Assembly (NCBI GenBank): GCA_951812955.1
Contig: OX638340.1
Location: forward strand, 3,712,001-3,776,000
Source of the DNA: an uncultured Gemmatimonadota bacterium
GTDB lineage: Bacteria > JAAXHH01
DNA length: 64,000 bases
Reading direction: 5' to 3'
Shown here: one piece after another, positions 1 to 9,984 of the stretch
How the letters are laid out: each line of letters begins with the position of its first letter
Position numbering within the stretch: the first letter of the stretch is position 1
Notes under the pieces: model-generated
What the model was told of the DNA's origin: nothing
What the model saw: only the letters and a program-made list of their open reading frames with translations
The model's database searches: none
Made by a program: the position numbers and the translations under genes

Positions 1-568
1 CGCCTGGCACCACGACGGTTCGCCGAAAAGCTGCCACAGGAAATCGAAGAAATGGGGGTAGAGATCGATAAACCACTGGTCTCCCCCGTTTTCGCCGCCG
101 AAACCATACATGCGCGCCCAGCGCGGCTCCCCGATCCCTCCGTCCCGGATCATCGGGATGGCCTGGCGCTGGATTTCAGGCCGTCCCCGCCAGGGGTGGG
201 CCATGATCAGCAGGACGCCTGCCTTGTCGCAGGCCTCCACCATGGTATCTACTTCGGCCGGGGTCCGCGCCAGTGGCTTTTCCGCATACACGTGGACGCC
301 CAGTTCGGCCGCGGCCAGTACCATGGCGAGGTGGTTGCTCATCTCGTGGGTGGCCAGGACGACGATGTCGAGCTTCTCGTTCTCCAGCATCTCCGTGTAC
401 CGGGCGTACCCCTTCTTCGCGCCGGTCCGTTGCAAGGCGGCCAGCCTTCCCTCTTCGACCGGATCGGCGAGTGCGGAGATCTCGGCGCCTTCCACGCCCA
501 CGAATGCCTGGTCCAGAGAATGTCCATAGTCTCCGCAGCCGGTGTGCCCGATTATACCGATTTTCAAC
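1..568 (-). CDS. Gfo/Idh/MocA-family NAD(P)-dependent oxidoreductase (N-terminal part; 3' end beyond window)
   Basis: Minus-strand translation from TTG at 568 reads MKIGIIGHTGCGDYGHSLDQAFVGVEGAEISALADPVEEGRLAALQRTGAKKGYARYTEMLENEKLDIVVLATHEM..., a Rossmann GxGxxG N-terminus typical of Gfo/Idh/MocA. A GGAG RBS lies ~7 nt upstream. No stop codon before position 1. Absent from the ORF track because it is truncated. Confidence 0.6.
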
Positions 569-634
569 GCCGTGCTCCTGTTCTATTCGTCCCGATGTAT
601 ACTTGGGGACCGCGATCATTGGTAGGGACCGCGA

Positions 635-964
635 TCAGACAAAGACCATGCGCTCGGCCTGGATGATGAATACCTGCGCGCCGCCCACCATGGTCGTTAC
701 CGCCTCGCCCAGACCGAGCGCGTCGAGATGGGTGCCGATCTGCGCGACATCGATGGCTTCCTCCCGGGCGTGGCAGTGGTTCTCGATGAGTTCGAGCACG
801 GGAGGTACGCGTTCGTCGTCCACCCCGATCAACAGGGTGACGTTGCCCGCACGCAGGAATCCGCCCGTGCTGCCGATCTCGGTGAACCGGAAATCGTTGT
901 CGATCAGCGCATCGGAAAGATGCCGGATATCTCTCTTGTTGACGATAGCGATGAGGAGTTTCAT
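635..964 (-). CDS. darA: DarA/PstA-like cyclic-di-AMP receptor (PII-like, DUF970)
   Basis: 109 aa, MKLLIAIVNKRDIRHLSDALIDNDFRFTEIGSTGGFLRAGNVTLLIGVDDERV. Closely matches B. subtilis YaaQ/DarA (MKLIVAVV...TGGFLKSGNTTFMIGVED.RV). Confidence 0.75.
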   Translation of the reverse strand: MKLLIAIVNKRDIRHLSDALIDNDFRFTEIGSTGGFLRAGNVTLLIGVDDERVPPVLELIENHCHAREEAIDVAQIGTHLDALGLGEAVTTMVGGAQVFIIQAERMVFV

Positions 965-992
965 GGCGCGCCTCCTGTTCCCTGTGTCTGTG

Positions 993-2339
993 TCACGACG
1001 TAACCGATTCGATCGCTTCTCCGGCTACGTTAATCATCCGTTCCATCTCTTCGGAGGTGACAACCAGCGGGGGAGCGAAATTCACACTGTCCCCCCGGCA
1101 ACGTGTATAGACACCGTTTTCGAGCATCTTCTTCACGATGCGTGCTCCAGTTTTCAACGCTGGATCGTAAGGCTTCCGGGACGCGGGGTCTTCCACCACC
1201 TCCACGGCCGCCATCAGGCCGATGCCGCGGATATCGCCCACGTGCGGCAGCGACCGCAGCGAGCCCAGACCGTCGATGAGTGTTTCGCCCATTTTCCGGC
1301 TTCGATCGATGAGGCCTTCACGCGCTATGAGATCGATGTTCGCCAGACCGACGGCGCAGCAGGTCGGGTGGCCCGAATAGGTGAAAGAATGGTTCCACTT
1401 CCGGTCCTCGGGCGCGTTTTCGATGCAATCGTGTATCTCGTCCGAGACGATGATGCCTCCGAGCGGCACGTACCCGCTGGTCACCCCCTTGGCGAAGGCA
1501 ATGATGTCCGGCTCGACGCCCCAGTGGGAAACACCGAACCAGTGGCCAATGCGGCCGAAGCCTGTGATTACCTCGTCGGCGATCAGGAGCACGTCGTATT
1601 TCGTGCAGATTTCCCGGATCCTGGGCCAGTAATCCTCCGGCGGCACGATGACCCCGGCGGCGCCCTGCACGGGTTCGCCGATGAAGGCGGCCACCGTGTC
1701 GGGACCTTCCCTCAGGATCGCCTCCTCGAGGGCACGCGCGCCCGCCTCGCCGCATCCCACACCGGGTTCCACCGGCCTGTAGTGGTACGGATAGGGCGCG
1801 TCGATATGTACAAACCCCGGAAGGCTGGTCGCGAAATCCGCCCAGTAGGCCTCCAGTCCGGTGGCGTTCATGGCGCCGATGGTCACGCCGTGATAGGCGT
1901 GTGTCCTGGATATGATCCTGGTTTTTTCCGGCCGGCCGGCACGTTGCCAGAAATAGCGGGCCGTCTTGATCGCGCTGTCGTTGGACACCGCCCCGCCGGA
2001 CGTGAAAAAAGTGTAGTTCAGTGATCCCGGCGCCAGTTCCTTCAGTCGGTTCGCGAGGCGGACGGCCGGGATGTTCGTCGCCCCCGCGTAGCAGGAGAAA
2101 AACCCCAGATCAGTCATCTGGTCCGCGGCCGCGGAGGCCAGCTCGCGGCGGCCGTGGCCGACGTTCACGTTCCAGAGGCTCGAGAGCCCGTCGATGTAGC
2201 GGTTGCCCTCGATATCGGTCAGCGTAGACCCCTCGGCGCGTACGCAGACCAGGGGCTCGTCATGATCGACGTGGTGCTGCAGCGGATGGATCAGGTACGC
2301 GTCGTCCCTCAGCAGTTGGTCGCGGTCGCCGTAGGTCAT
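993..2339 (-). CDS. class III (aspartate aminotransferase family) PLP-dependent aminotransferase
   Basis: 448 aa. Motifs TSGGAVSNDSAIK, LIADEVITGFGRIG and FAKGVTSGYVPLGG (PLP lysine region) are typical of omega-transaminase / AT class III. Confidence 0.85.
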   Translation of the reverse strand: MTYGDRDQLLRDDAYLIHPLQHHVDHDEPLVCVRAEGSTLTDIEGNRYIDGLSSLWNVNVGHGRRELASAAADQMTDLGFFSCYAGATNIPAVRLANRLKELAPGSLNYTFFTSGGAVSNDSAIKTARYFWQRAGRPEKTRIISRTHAYHGVTIGAMNATGLEAYWADFATSLPGFVHIDAPYPYHYRPVEPGVGCGEAGARALEEAILREGPDTVAAFIGEPVQGAAGVIVPPEDYWPRIREICTKYDVLLIADEVITGFGRIGHWFGVSHWGVEPDIIAFAKGVTSGYVPLGGIIVSDEIHDCIENAPEDRKWNHSFTYSGHPTCCAVGLANIDLIAREGLIDRSRKMGETLIDGLGSLRSLPHVGDIRGIGLMAAVEVVEDPASRKPYDPALKTGARIVKKMLENGVYTRCRGDSVNFAPPLVVTSEEMERMINVAGEAIESVTS

Positions 2340-2454
2340 CGTGTGGTACTTTCTGTCGTATGTGTGTCGGGAAGGCGGTTAATGGGTAATTGACAGGGTG
2401 CCGAACCCCGTTTATGGTATATTATACGGTGAGCTCAATACACAATCAAGATGA

Positions 2455-3243
2455 ATGGAAGAGGCCTCCATGCCCGGCGAACAACTCCATCCCTGGCACG
2501 ATGGATACGAAGGCGCCGTGTCCCTGACCTTCGACGACGGAATGCGGTCCCAACTAGAAGGGGCCCTGCCGATTCTGGCCGAAAACGGTCTCAGCGCCAC
2601 GTTCTACGTCAACCCCCGGGGTCCCGACTGGCGCGGGCTTCTGGAGCCGTGGAAAGCCGTGGCCGAAGACGGTCACGAAGTGGGCAATCATACGGTCAGC
2701 CATCCCTGCTCCTGCGCGTTCAAGGAGACCCGCGCCGACTGTCTCGAGACAATGACCCTCGACGACATGGAGTGGGAGATCGGCGAAGGCAAGCGGCGGA
2801 TATCCGAAGTCATCCCGGAACAGGTGGACTTTACCTTCTGCTATCCGTGCTACCATGCCCACGTGGGGGAGGGGCCGGATCGCAGGAGTTACGTGCCCGT
2901 CGTCGCCCGCCACCATGTCGCCGGACGCGGCAAGGGGGACTACGCCAATCATCCCCTGACCGCCGATTTGCACCACCTCTATTCCTTCCCGGTGGAGCGC
3001 CGCGCCACGTCGGAAATGATTGGACTGGTCGAGGAGGCCGCGGGTCAGAACCGGTGGGCCGTACTGACGTTTCACGGCATCTCGGAAGGGCACCTTTCCG
3101 TGACGGAGTCCGATTTCACCGGATTGTGCAACTATCTCGGGGAACACCGCGATCGGATCTGGACCGCGCCGGTCGTCGCCGTGGCCCGGTCGATACACGC
3201 ATGGCGGTCGGCCCGTACCACACGCACGAACCACGGTCCGTAA
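2455..3243 (+). CDS. polysaccharide deacetylase (NodB homology domain)
   Basis: Carries the TFDDG and HTVSHP NodB motifs. The start may be the ATG at 2470 (MPGEQL). The antisense ORF 2554..3312 is rejected. Confidence 0.8.
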   Translation: MEEASMPGEQLHPWHDGYEGAVSLTFDDGMRSQLEGALPILAENGLSATFYVNPRGPDWRGLLEPWKAVAEDGHEVGNHTVSHPCSCAFKETRADCLETMTLDDMEWEIGEGKRRISEVIPEQVDFTFCYPCYHAHVGEGPDRRSYVPVVARHHVAGRGKGDYANHPLTADLHHLYSFPVERRATSEMIGLVEEAAGQNRWAVLTFHGISEGHLSVTESDFTGLCNYLGEHRDRIWTAPVVAVARSIHAWRSARTTRTNHGP

Positions 3244-3247
3244 CCAC

Positions 3248-4198
3248 ATGAAACCCCCTTCGGCCGATTCCCGTCCCATGCCGGTTCTCGTGGGTCCTAC
3301 AGGCGCTGGCAAGACCGCCGTGGGTATCGAACTGGCCCGGCGAAACGGCGCCGAGATCGTTTCGGCGGATTCCCGTCAGATCTACCGTTACATGGATATC
3401 GGTACGGCCAAGCCCACGGCGGAAGAACGGGCCAGGGTACGGCACCACCTGGTGGATATCGTGGATCCGGACGTCCGTTTCAGCGCAGGGGAGTATGGCC
3501 GCCGCGCCCGTGAAACGATCCATGAGCTTGCCGTCCGCGGCGTGCCGGTCCTCGTGGTCGGTGGCGCGGGACTGTACATAAAGGCGCTGATCGAAGGGTT
3601 CTTCGAAGCACCGGAGATCCCGCGTGAGTTCAGACGCCGTCTAGCGGAAGGATATCGGAAACGGTCCTCGGCAGCGCTGCATCAGCGGCTTAAGGAAATC
3701 GATCCTGCGTCCGCCGGGCGCATACATGAGAACGACCGGCAACGAATCGAAAGGGCGCTGGAAGTCCACGACGCGACAGGCGCGACCCTGACTTCCTGGT
3801 TCGCAGGGCAGGTTCAGCCGCGATTCCGCAAAACGCGTCTCATCGGGTTGCGGCGGGACCGCGCTGCCCTTTACGCGAGAATCGACGCCCGGGTAGAAAA
3901 AATGATCGAATCAGGCTTCGAAGCGGAGGTCCACGGCTTGATGGACCGGGGATATGGAGTTGGAACCCATGCCCTGGCGACGTACGGTTACGCGGAAATG
4001 CTGAGGTGCATCCTCGGCGAGCTGGATCCGGAAGATGCCGTTTCGACCATACAACAACGGTCGAGGCAGTACGCTAAACGCCAGCTGACCTGGTTCAGAC
4101 AAACCGAGGGTATCGATTGGATTACCGTGGACGACGGAGAAGATCCGGCCGACACCTGCGAGAAGATCATCCGGACGTTCCCGGATCTGCTACTTTAG
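3248..4198 (+). CDS. miaA: tRNA dimethylallyltransferase
   Basis: VLVGPTGAGKTAVGIELA P-loop, then IVSADSRQIYRYMDIGTAKPT, DIVDP and LVVGGAGLY. Canonical MiaA. Confidence 0.9.
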   Translation: MKPPSADSRPMPVLVGPTGAGKTAVGIELARRNGAEIVSADSRQIYRYMDIGTAKPTAEERARVRHHLVDIVDPDVRFSAGEYGRRARETIHELAVRGVPVLVVGGAGLYIKALIEGFFEAPEIPREFRRRLAEGYRKRSSAALHQRLKEIDPASAGRIHENDRQRIERALEVHDATGATLTSWFAGQVQPRFRKTRLIGLRRDRAALYARIDARVEKMIESGFEAEVHGLMDRGYGVGTHALATYGYAEMLRCILGELDPEDAVSTIQQRSRQYAKRQLTWFRQTEGIDWITVDDGEDPADTCEKIIRTFPDLLL

Positions 4199-6010
4199 GA
4201 ACAGCAGTTTCCGGGTCACTTCGGACCGCGTCCCGGCCTCTCCTGTCGTCATACGGCAGAAATAGACCCCGCTGGCTACCCTTCTTCCCTCGTCGTCTGT
4301 CCCATCCCAGGTCGTGATGAACGTGCCCTGCGAATGGACCCCGTCCACGAGCGTGCGGACCTTCCGGCCCCTCACATCGTACAGGGCAAGCCCGACGTCC
4401 CCCGACCGGTCGACTTCGTACCGGACGGTGGCGGGTCCGCCGCTCAGATAAAAGGGATTCGGAAACGTGGTGAGGGATGCGGCGATCGGACGGGAAGCGC
4501 CGGTAAGCCCGGGATCGAAGGTCGCAGAATAGGCGTATTCATATCCGGCGCCTGTGCGTTCGAGCGATGCCACCACGAGCATGACGGTCTCGTACCGCGT
4601 CCAGTCCGGCACCTCGATGGTGACGCTTCCCCTGGTCGCGGGAACCGTCATCACCGAGTCCGCCGCGCCGCTACCCTCCGCGCCGCTACCCGCCACCGAA
4701 ACCCCCCAGGCTCCGGTTATGCCCGTGAATTCGATACGCAGGCCGCCATGCAGGGAGGAATCGGGCACAAAGAGTATGTAGTTCGCGGCGAGGTGTTCCG
4801 GGTAATGACCAGCGGGGATCTGTGGTCCGTCGAACTGTAACCGGTCGGAAGCGCCCGGAAGTACAGGCTCGTGCAGGTCGCTCAGTTCGACCGGGGGATA
4901 GGAGGCGCCTTCCTCGTAGTAGCGTTCCGCGTCGGCCCGCATATCGGTGAAGACGTTCCATGTCGTGAATTCCTGGAAGGCGGATGCCAGGTCGCTGCCG
5001 ACGCTTCGCAGTCCCTCGTCGATGGCTTCCAACGCCCGGCTCGTCTCTGCCCGCTCCCAGATGATACGGATCAGGTCCCTGTCGAACCGCTGCTCCAGGA
5101 ACAGCGGCCAGAGCACACCCGCGTATTCGTGTTCCCCGTTCGAGGCATCCAGCGCAAGCCATGGTTCGGTCAGGAACCCGCTGAACGACGGCAGGTAGGT
5201 AAGGTAATCGTCGACCTCGTCATAGACCTGTTCTTCGATCCACACGGCGCTTTGTTCCAGCCAGAAAGCGGCTTCCCCTGCGTCGTAGCCGAACTGAACG
5301 GCGTGGAAATACTCGTGGGCGATCGTGATCCGCAGCAGATCGAGCGCCTTCTCCACCGACCTGCGGGATTCGACGAAATCGTTATCTACGACGATGTACG
5401 AAGGAAGCGCTGCCCCGGTCGTAATCGCTTCCGGGCGGGTATAACCACTGAACTGGCTTGGGAGATCGACAATATAGACGTCGTATAGCCCGTCTCCGCC
5501 ATCGTCCGAATCCATCTCCTCGTATAGATCGTGGTACTGATAGTCCGTCGGCGGTGGGCGGTAACCCAGTTCTTCCACGATTACGCGGCGGGACTCTTCC
5601 AGGAACATCCCGCACTGCCGGACATATTCGGGAACCGTGCCGGTGTCCGCGTCTTCCAGTTCAGGCCAGCCTGCGCCGGGCCGGTCTTCCGTCGTGGTGA
5701 CGTACCAGATTTTGAAATGTCCGCCGGGGCTGACATGGTATTCAGGCTCGACCGTGTAGGAATGGCCCAGGTCGCCCGTGCGATTCCCTTCGCCGGGCAC
5801 GGTGGGCCGGCCCACTGTAACCTGGTCCGGACGGTGGGGCCTGGCGGCAATCCCGTCCGGCTGAGAATGGGCGAATGGATGGGCGTGCAAAGTTCCGCAC
5901 CGCTGCGTAGGGGGAGCCTGGGCATAAACGGCGCAGTGGGTGACCGTTCCAGCGACAAAGGTCAGGAATAATCGCTTTAAGAACGGAAGGGATGGAAAAC
6001 TACAATCCAT
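4190..6010 (-). CDS. secreted zinc metalloprotease (HEXXH) with T9SS C-terminal sorting domain
   Basis: Signal peptide MDCSFPSLPFLKRLFLTFVAGTVTHCAVYAQA and a HEYFHAVQ zinc-binding motif. The C-terminus FPNPFYLSGGPATVRYEV...GVYFCRMTTGEAGTRSEVTRKLLFLK is a Por/T9SS type A CTD. Confidence 0.8.
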   Translation of the reverse strand: MDCSFPSLPFLKRLFLTFVAGTVTHCAVYAQAPPTQRCGTLHAHPFAHSQPDGIAARPHRPDQVTVGRPTVPGEGNRTGDLGHSYTVEPEYHVSPGGHFKIWYVTTTEDRPGAGWPELEDADTGTVPEYVRQCGMFLEESRRVIVEELGYRPPPTDYQYHDLYEEMDSDDGGDGLYDVYIVDLPSQFSGYTRPEAITTGAALPSYIVVDNDFVESRRSVEKALDLLRITIAHEYFHAVQFGYDAGEAAFWLEQSAVWIEEQVYDEVDDYLTYLPSFSGFLTEPWLALDASNGEHEYAGVLWPLFLEQRFDRDLIRIIWERAETSRALEAIDEGLRSVGSDLASAFQEFTTWNVFTDMRADAERYYEEGASYPPVELSDLHEPVLPGASDRLQFDGPQIPAGHYPEHLAANYILFVPDSSLHGGLRIEFTGITGAWGVSVAGSGAEGSGAADSVMTVPATRGSVTIEVPDWTRYETVMLVVASLERTGAGYEYAYSATFDPGLTGASRPIAASLTTFPNPFYLSGGPATVRYEVDRSGDVGLALYDVRGRKVRTLVDGVHSQGTFITTWDGTDDEGRRVASGVYFCRMTTGEAGTRSEVTRKLLFLK

Positions 6011-6123
6011 GTCGTTCGGCCGGGCTCCATGGACCACCAACCATCAGCCGTTCGGACTGATACACCGAATCGAATGCACTGAGCATAGCGATCATGCGTG
6101 GAGGAATCGTATCGTCCTGGTAA

Positions 6124-6930
6124 TCAGCTTCCTGTTGTCTCTTCGCGCTGGTGTTTAGGCGGAATGGGGAAGCGCTCCGCGTAGTGGGACAGATCCTTGC
6201 CCGAGATCAGGTCTTCCAGGATATCTTCGTTCTTGTCCCAATGCTGATCGTTCGGGTGGACGTCCAGCGCAATGCGCCCCTCAGTGTCGATCAAATAGGT
6301 GACGGGAATCCCGTAGCGTTGGTTGGTCTTGGCCCGAAACTGGCGTTCCCAGTAGCCGCGGAAGTCGAAAAGGGAGGTTGCGCTGTTCATATAATACGCG
6401 ATGACCTTTTCGTTCCGCGCTGCGATCCCGGCCATCTTGTCCGGATCGTTTTTCTCCGATTCGTCGGAAGGACGAACCAGTCTGGCCGCTTGTAGACCTT
6501 GCTTGAACAGATCCAGTCCGGGACCGAAGCCTTCCTCGAACTCACTGGGATCGAGGGGTTTCTCGTCCTTGTAGAATTTGTTTACGCCGACGAACAGAAA
6601 GTCGATTTGACCTTCGTACTTCTTCGCGATGTCCATCAGGGGTTCCGCATCCCTGATGCAGGGCGGGCACCACCAGGCCCAGAAGTTCACGAACAGGGGC
6701 CGGCCCCGGAAGTCCTCCAGGGTCACCTTCGTTCCATCCAGGGCGTACACTTCGAAGTTTGGCGCCATATGGCCGATCTCGGTGCCGATCGCGACGGCCT
6801 CGCTTTCGTTTCCGCCAATCGGTTCGCTTTCGTTTTCACCGGGTGTCCCGCTGCACGCGAATCCGAGTGTTCCGGCAAGCAGGCCCGGCATCAGTAGCGT
6901 CCGTACCGTTTCTTTCCACAAGCGCCGCAT
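6124..6930 (-). CDS. TlpA/ResA-family thiol-disulfide oxidoreductase (thioredoxin-like), probable lipoprotein
   Basis: WCPPC active site (FVNFWAWWCPPCIRDAEPL) and an N-terminal signal/lipobox-like MRRLWKETVRTLLMPGLLAGTLGFAC. Confidence 0.8.
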   Translation of the reverse strand: MRRLWKETVRTLLMPGLLAGTLGFACSGTPGENESEPIGGNESEAVAIGTEIGHMAPNFEVYALDGTKVTLEDFRGRPLFVNFWAWWCPPCIRDAEPLMDIAKKYEGQIDFLFVGVNKFYKDEKPLDPSEFEEGFGPGLDLFKQGLQAARLVRPSDESEKNDPDKMAGIAARNEKVIAYYMNSATSLFDFRGYWERQFRAKTNQRYGIPVTYLIDTEGRIALDVHPNDQHWDKNEDILEDLISGKDLSHYAERFPIPPKHQREETTGS

Positions 6931-7050
6931 ACGTTACCTCGCAATGGGGTTTTTAATCAGAAGGCGGTAAAGCCGGAATGTAGATGAATCACGGTTAACT
7001 TCGGTAAGTTTACCGGAATTGTCAACAACTATTTTGAAGGCTACGGTCGG

Positions 7051-7683
7051 TCACAGGCCGCCAAGTTCAGTTTCGAATGCGCCAACCGCCACGAGTATAT
7101 CCGGCTGGGACAGCACGGCCGAGATCGCCGCGACGCCGTGCGCGCCCGCTTCAAGGCACTGTTTCGTGCGCCCGGGGGTCACGCCGCCCAGGGCAAATAC
7201 GGGGATCGTCACCGCGCGGACCGATTCCGATAGCGCCTGCAGTCCCCGGGGCGGACCATAGGCTGCCTTGGACGACGTATCGTAAACCGGGCCGAAGGTG
7301 ATGAAGTCGGCCCCTTCCGCTTCCGCCGCCCGCGCTGCTTTCAAACTGTGCGTCGAGCGGCCGATCAGCGTACCCGCCGGCAGACGGTCGCGCGCCGTCC
7401 GCGCCAGGCGGACCGGCATACTCCGTTCAGGCAGGTGAATACCCTGTGCCCCGCAGGCCACGGCGACCTCCGGATTGCCATTGATGAACAGTGCGGGCCG
7501 AAGCGTGTCGAGTTCGCGCTGAACCCTCCGGATCAACGCAAGGAGTTCGGGGGTTTCGAGGTCCTTCTCCCTGATCTGGACCGCGCGGACGCCGGCGCGG
7601 CAGGCCTGGCGCAACGCCAGGGCAAGGGGCCGTCCGGCACACCGGGTTCGGTCGCTGATCAGATAGAACCTGAAGTCTACCAT
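7051..7683 (-). CDS. thiE: thiamine-phosphate synthase
   Basis: 210 aa with FYLISD...VQIREKD...GADFITFGPVY...VFALGGV, diagnostic ThiE motifs. Last gene of the thi operon. Confidence 0.9.
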   Translation of the reverse strand: MVDFRFYLISDRTRCAGRPLALALRQACRAGVRAVQIREKDLETPELLALIRRVQRELDTLRPALFINGNPEVAVACGAQGIHLPERSMPVRLARTARDRLPAGTLIGRSTHSLKAARAAEAEGADFITFGPVYDTSSKAAYGPPRGLQALSESVRAVTIPVFALGGVTPGRTKQCLEAGAHGVAAISAVLSQPDILVAVGAFETELGGL

Positions 7684-7688
7684 GCAGC

Positions 7689-8471
7689 CTACTTCGAGGA
7701 CGAATGGATCACGCCGCTTAGTGGACTGGACGCGGACGCATAGGCCTTCATGGGTATCCTGCCCGCTTCGTAGGCAAGGCGTCCGGCTTCAACCGCCTTG
7801 CGCATGGCGACGGCCATTTTCACCGGATCCCGTGCACCGGCCACGCCGGTATTCATCAGTATGCCGTCGCAGCCCAGCTCCATGGCGACGGATGCGTCGG
7901 AAGCGGTGCCGACGCCTGCGTCGACGATAACGGGTACCTGGCTGTTCTCGACGATGATGGCGATGTTGTGCGGGTTGCGTATGCCCAGGCCGGATCCGAT
8001 CGGCGCGGCCAGGGGCATGACCGCGACACAGCCCGCTTCTTCGAGCTTCTTGCAGATGATGGGATCGTCAATCGTATAGGGCATGACGTTGAATCCCCGA
8101 TCCACCAGGATGCGGGCGGCTTCCAGGGTGGCTTCGTTATCCGGGAACAGGGTCTTTTCATCCCCGATGACTTCGAGCTTTACCGTATCCGCGCCCAGTG
8201 CCTCCCGCGCCAGTTCGCAGGTCAGTACGGCGTCCTCGGCCGTATAGCATCCGGCCGTGTTGGGCAGCAGCTCGTACCGGTCCCGGTCGATATAATCGAG
8301 CAGCGACTCTCCCGAGGGATCATTCAGGTCGATTCGGCGAATGGCCACCGTAACCATGTCCGTACCGCTGACTTCGAAAGAATCCCGCATCAGTTCGAAA
8401 TTCGCGTATTTCCCCGTCCCGAGAATCAATCGGGATTTCAACTCCAATTCGCCTATTTTAAGGGCGCCCAT
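7689..8471 (-). CDS. thiG: thiazole synthase
   Basis: [20 protein letters not shown]...VKLEVIGD...[11 protein letters not shown] is canonical ThiG. The ATG at 8471 (AGGAG 9 nt upstream) is preferred over the ATG at 8477. The longer track ORF overlaps thiS. Confidence 0.9.
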   Translation of the reverse strand: MGALKIGELELKSRLILGTGKYANFELMRDSFEVSGTDMVTVAIRRIDLNDPSGESLLDYIDRDRYELLPNTAGCYTAEDAVLTCELAREALGADTVKLEVIGDEKTLFPDNEATLEAARILVDRGFNVMPYTIDDPIICKKLEEAGCVAVMPLAAPIGSGLGIRNPHNIAIIVENSQVPVIVDAGVGTASDASVAMELGCDGILMNTGVAGARDPVKMAVAMRKAVEAGRLAYEAGRIPMKAYASASSPLSGVIHSSSK

Positions 8472-8583
8472 GTTCATCTGCTCCTTTGCCTGTACAGACC
8501 TGGCCCGCAAGTCGTATTCTGGTTTAGTGCTGCGTGCTGGATCTTCCGCAGCGGCGGTGCTGCGCACGGGATGGTTGCAGCCG

Positions 8584-8784
8584 TTAACCGCCCGCAACCG
8601 CTCGAATCACTTCGACCACGTCATCGTCGGATAGCATTGCCGTCCCGTGATCCTTCCTCGGGACGACCGCTCCGTTCAGGGCCACTGCGGTCCCTTCGGA
8701 AGGCACGCCAAGCTCTTTCAGCAGGTCGGCGATGCTCGTGTCGCGGGGCAGATCCCGGGTTGTCCCGTTAACTGTCATGTTCAT
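8584..8784 (-). CDS. thiS: sulfur carrier protein ThiS
   Basis: 66 aa ending ...VIRAVAGG (C-terminal GG). Its start overlaps the thiO stop. Confidence 0.85.
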   Translation of the reverse strand: MNMTVNGTTRDLPRDTSIADLLKELGVPSEGTAVALNGAVVPRKDHGTAMLSDDDVVEVIRAVAGG

Positions 8785-9922
8785 CGTTCGTCTCTCCGGT
8801 TCGAGCGGCGTAGAACCGATCGGGCAGAAAGGGCCGCATGATAGGGGGAACCCGATCGTGCAGGATTGCCTCGGCGATCAGGTCTCCTGTGAGCGGTGCA
8901 AGCAATATGCCGTTACGGCCGTGCCCGGATGCCGCGTATAGGCCGGGCGTACCCATGGCGCCAAGCACGGGCCATCCGTCCCGCGCCACCGGCCGCAGTC
9001 CCGACCAGGTGGAATCCAGCGGCCAGGATTTCAGACCGGGCGCAAGTTCGAGCGCGCTACGGAACAACTGCATGACTCCACCCAAAGTGACTTCGTCTCG
9101 AAACCCGGCTTCCTCCACGGTAGCGCCGATGATCAGCCGTCCGTCCGAACGGGGAACCAGGTATGCGCCGCCGGTGTATATCGTGTGCTTGAATGGTGTC
9201 GCCGCGCCCGTCCGCAGTGCGAGTATCTGGCCGCGCACCGGCCTAATGGGGATTCGGTGTGCGGCCGGGATGCCTTCCAGGTAGCGGGCCCGGCAGCCCA
9301 TGGCGTTTACTACCGTTGGCGTGTTCCACAGGCCGTCCGTTGTATCGACCCCGGCGACGCGATTTCCGTCCAGTACGATTTTCCGTGCGGTGACGCCTTC
9401 ACGGATTACGCCGCCGTTTAGACGAACGGATTGCGCCAGGGCCGCAACGACGTCCCTGTTTTCTACCTGGTGATCGTCCGGGTAGCGTAGCGCCATGCGG
9501 ATGCGGTTGGAAAGATCCGGCTCGAGTCGCCTCGCCTCCCGGACGGTCAGTTTCTCAACGGATACGCCATTCCGCAGGTGCCGTTCATACCGGGTCTCGA
9601 GCCGTGCCTGTTCACCGCCGCTCAACGCCGGATAGATCATCCCCGTGGCGTTGTAGTCTATCGGGCGGCCGGTCTCTTCCCGGAGGGATTCGACGAAACC
9701 GGCATAGCGCTCCAGTCCGGCCCTGCAAAGGATGAAATAAGGATCGGGCTCATCGAATTCGCAGTGCGGCGCCAGCATGCCCGCGGCGGCCCACGACGCG
9801 CCACGGCCGGTTCGGTGCTGCTCGAGTACCGTGACAGCGCTTCCGGATTGACACAGCTGTCTCGCTATGGCCAGACCGATGATCCCGCCGCCGATGACCA
9901 CTATGTCCGATCGTTGCGCCAC
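8768..9922 (-). CDS. thiO: glycine oxidase (FAD-dependent)
   Basis: DIVVIGGGIIGLAIA FAD-binding motif. First gene after the TPP riboswitch, in thiO-thiS-thiG-thiE order. Confidence 0.85.
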   Translation of the reverse strand: MAQRSDIVVIGGGIIGLAIARQLCQSGSAVTVLEQHRTGRGASWAAAGMLAPHCEFDEPDPYFILCRAGLERYAGFVESLREETGRPIDYNATGMIYPALSGGEQARLETRYERHLRNGVSVEKLTVREARRLEPDLSNRIRMALRYPDDHQVENRDVVAALAQSVRLNGGVIREGVTARKIVLDGNRVAGVDTTDGLWNTPTVVNAMGCRARYLEGIPAAHRIPIRPVRGQILALRTGAATPFKHTIYTGGAYLVPRSDGRLIIGATVEEAGFRDEVTLGGVMQLFRSALELAPGLKSWPLDSTWSGLRPVARDGWPVLGAMGTPGLYAASGHGRNGILLAPLTGDLIAEAILHDRVPPIMRPFLPDRFYAARTGETNDEHDS

Positions 9923-9944
9923 GGAACCTCGCCACTACGTCACC

Positions 9945-9979
9945 GGAAAACAAAAAGCCGTTTCGATCGGAAACGGCTT
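9945..9979 (-). terminator. intrinsic terminator (riboswitch expression platform)
   Basis: Minus strand AAAGCCGUUUCCGAUCGAAACGGCUUUUUGUUUU: an 8-bp GC stem with a 5-nt loop followed by a U-tract, 22 nt before the thiO ATG. Consistent with an OFF-state terminator. Confidence 0.75.
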
Positions 9980-9984
9980 TGTCC

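Noticed and set aside
273-2024. 583-aa + strand ORF overlapping the aminotransferase gene
   Set aside because: The translation is extremely Arg/Pro/Ser-rich (RGRPVRPRPVPWRG...), typical of an antisense frame in high-GC DNA. The opposite strand encodes a clean class III aminotransferase.
2554-3312. 252-aa minus-strand ORF antisense to the polysaccharide deacetylase
   Set aside because: It has no recognisable motifs and Arg/Gly-rich composition. The plus-strand frame carries the TFDDG / HTVSH NodB motifs.
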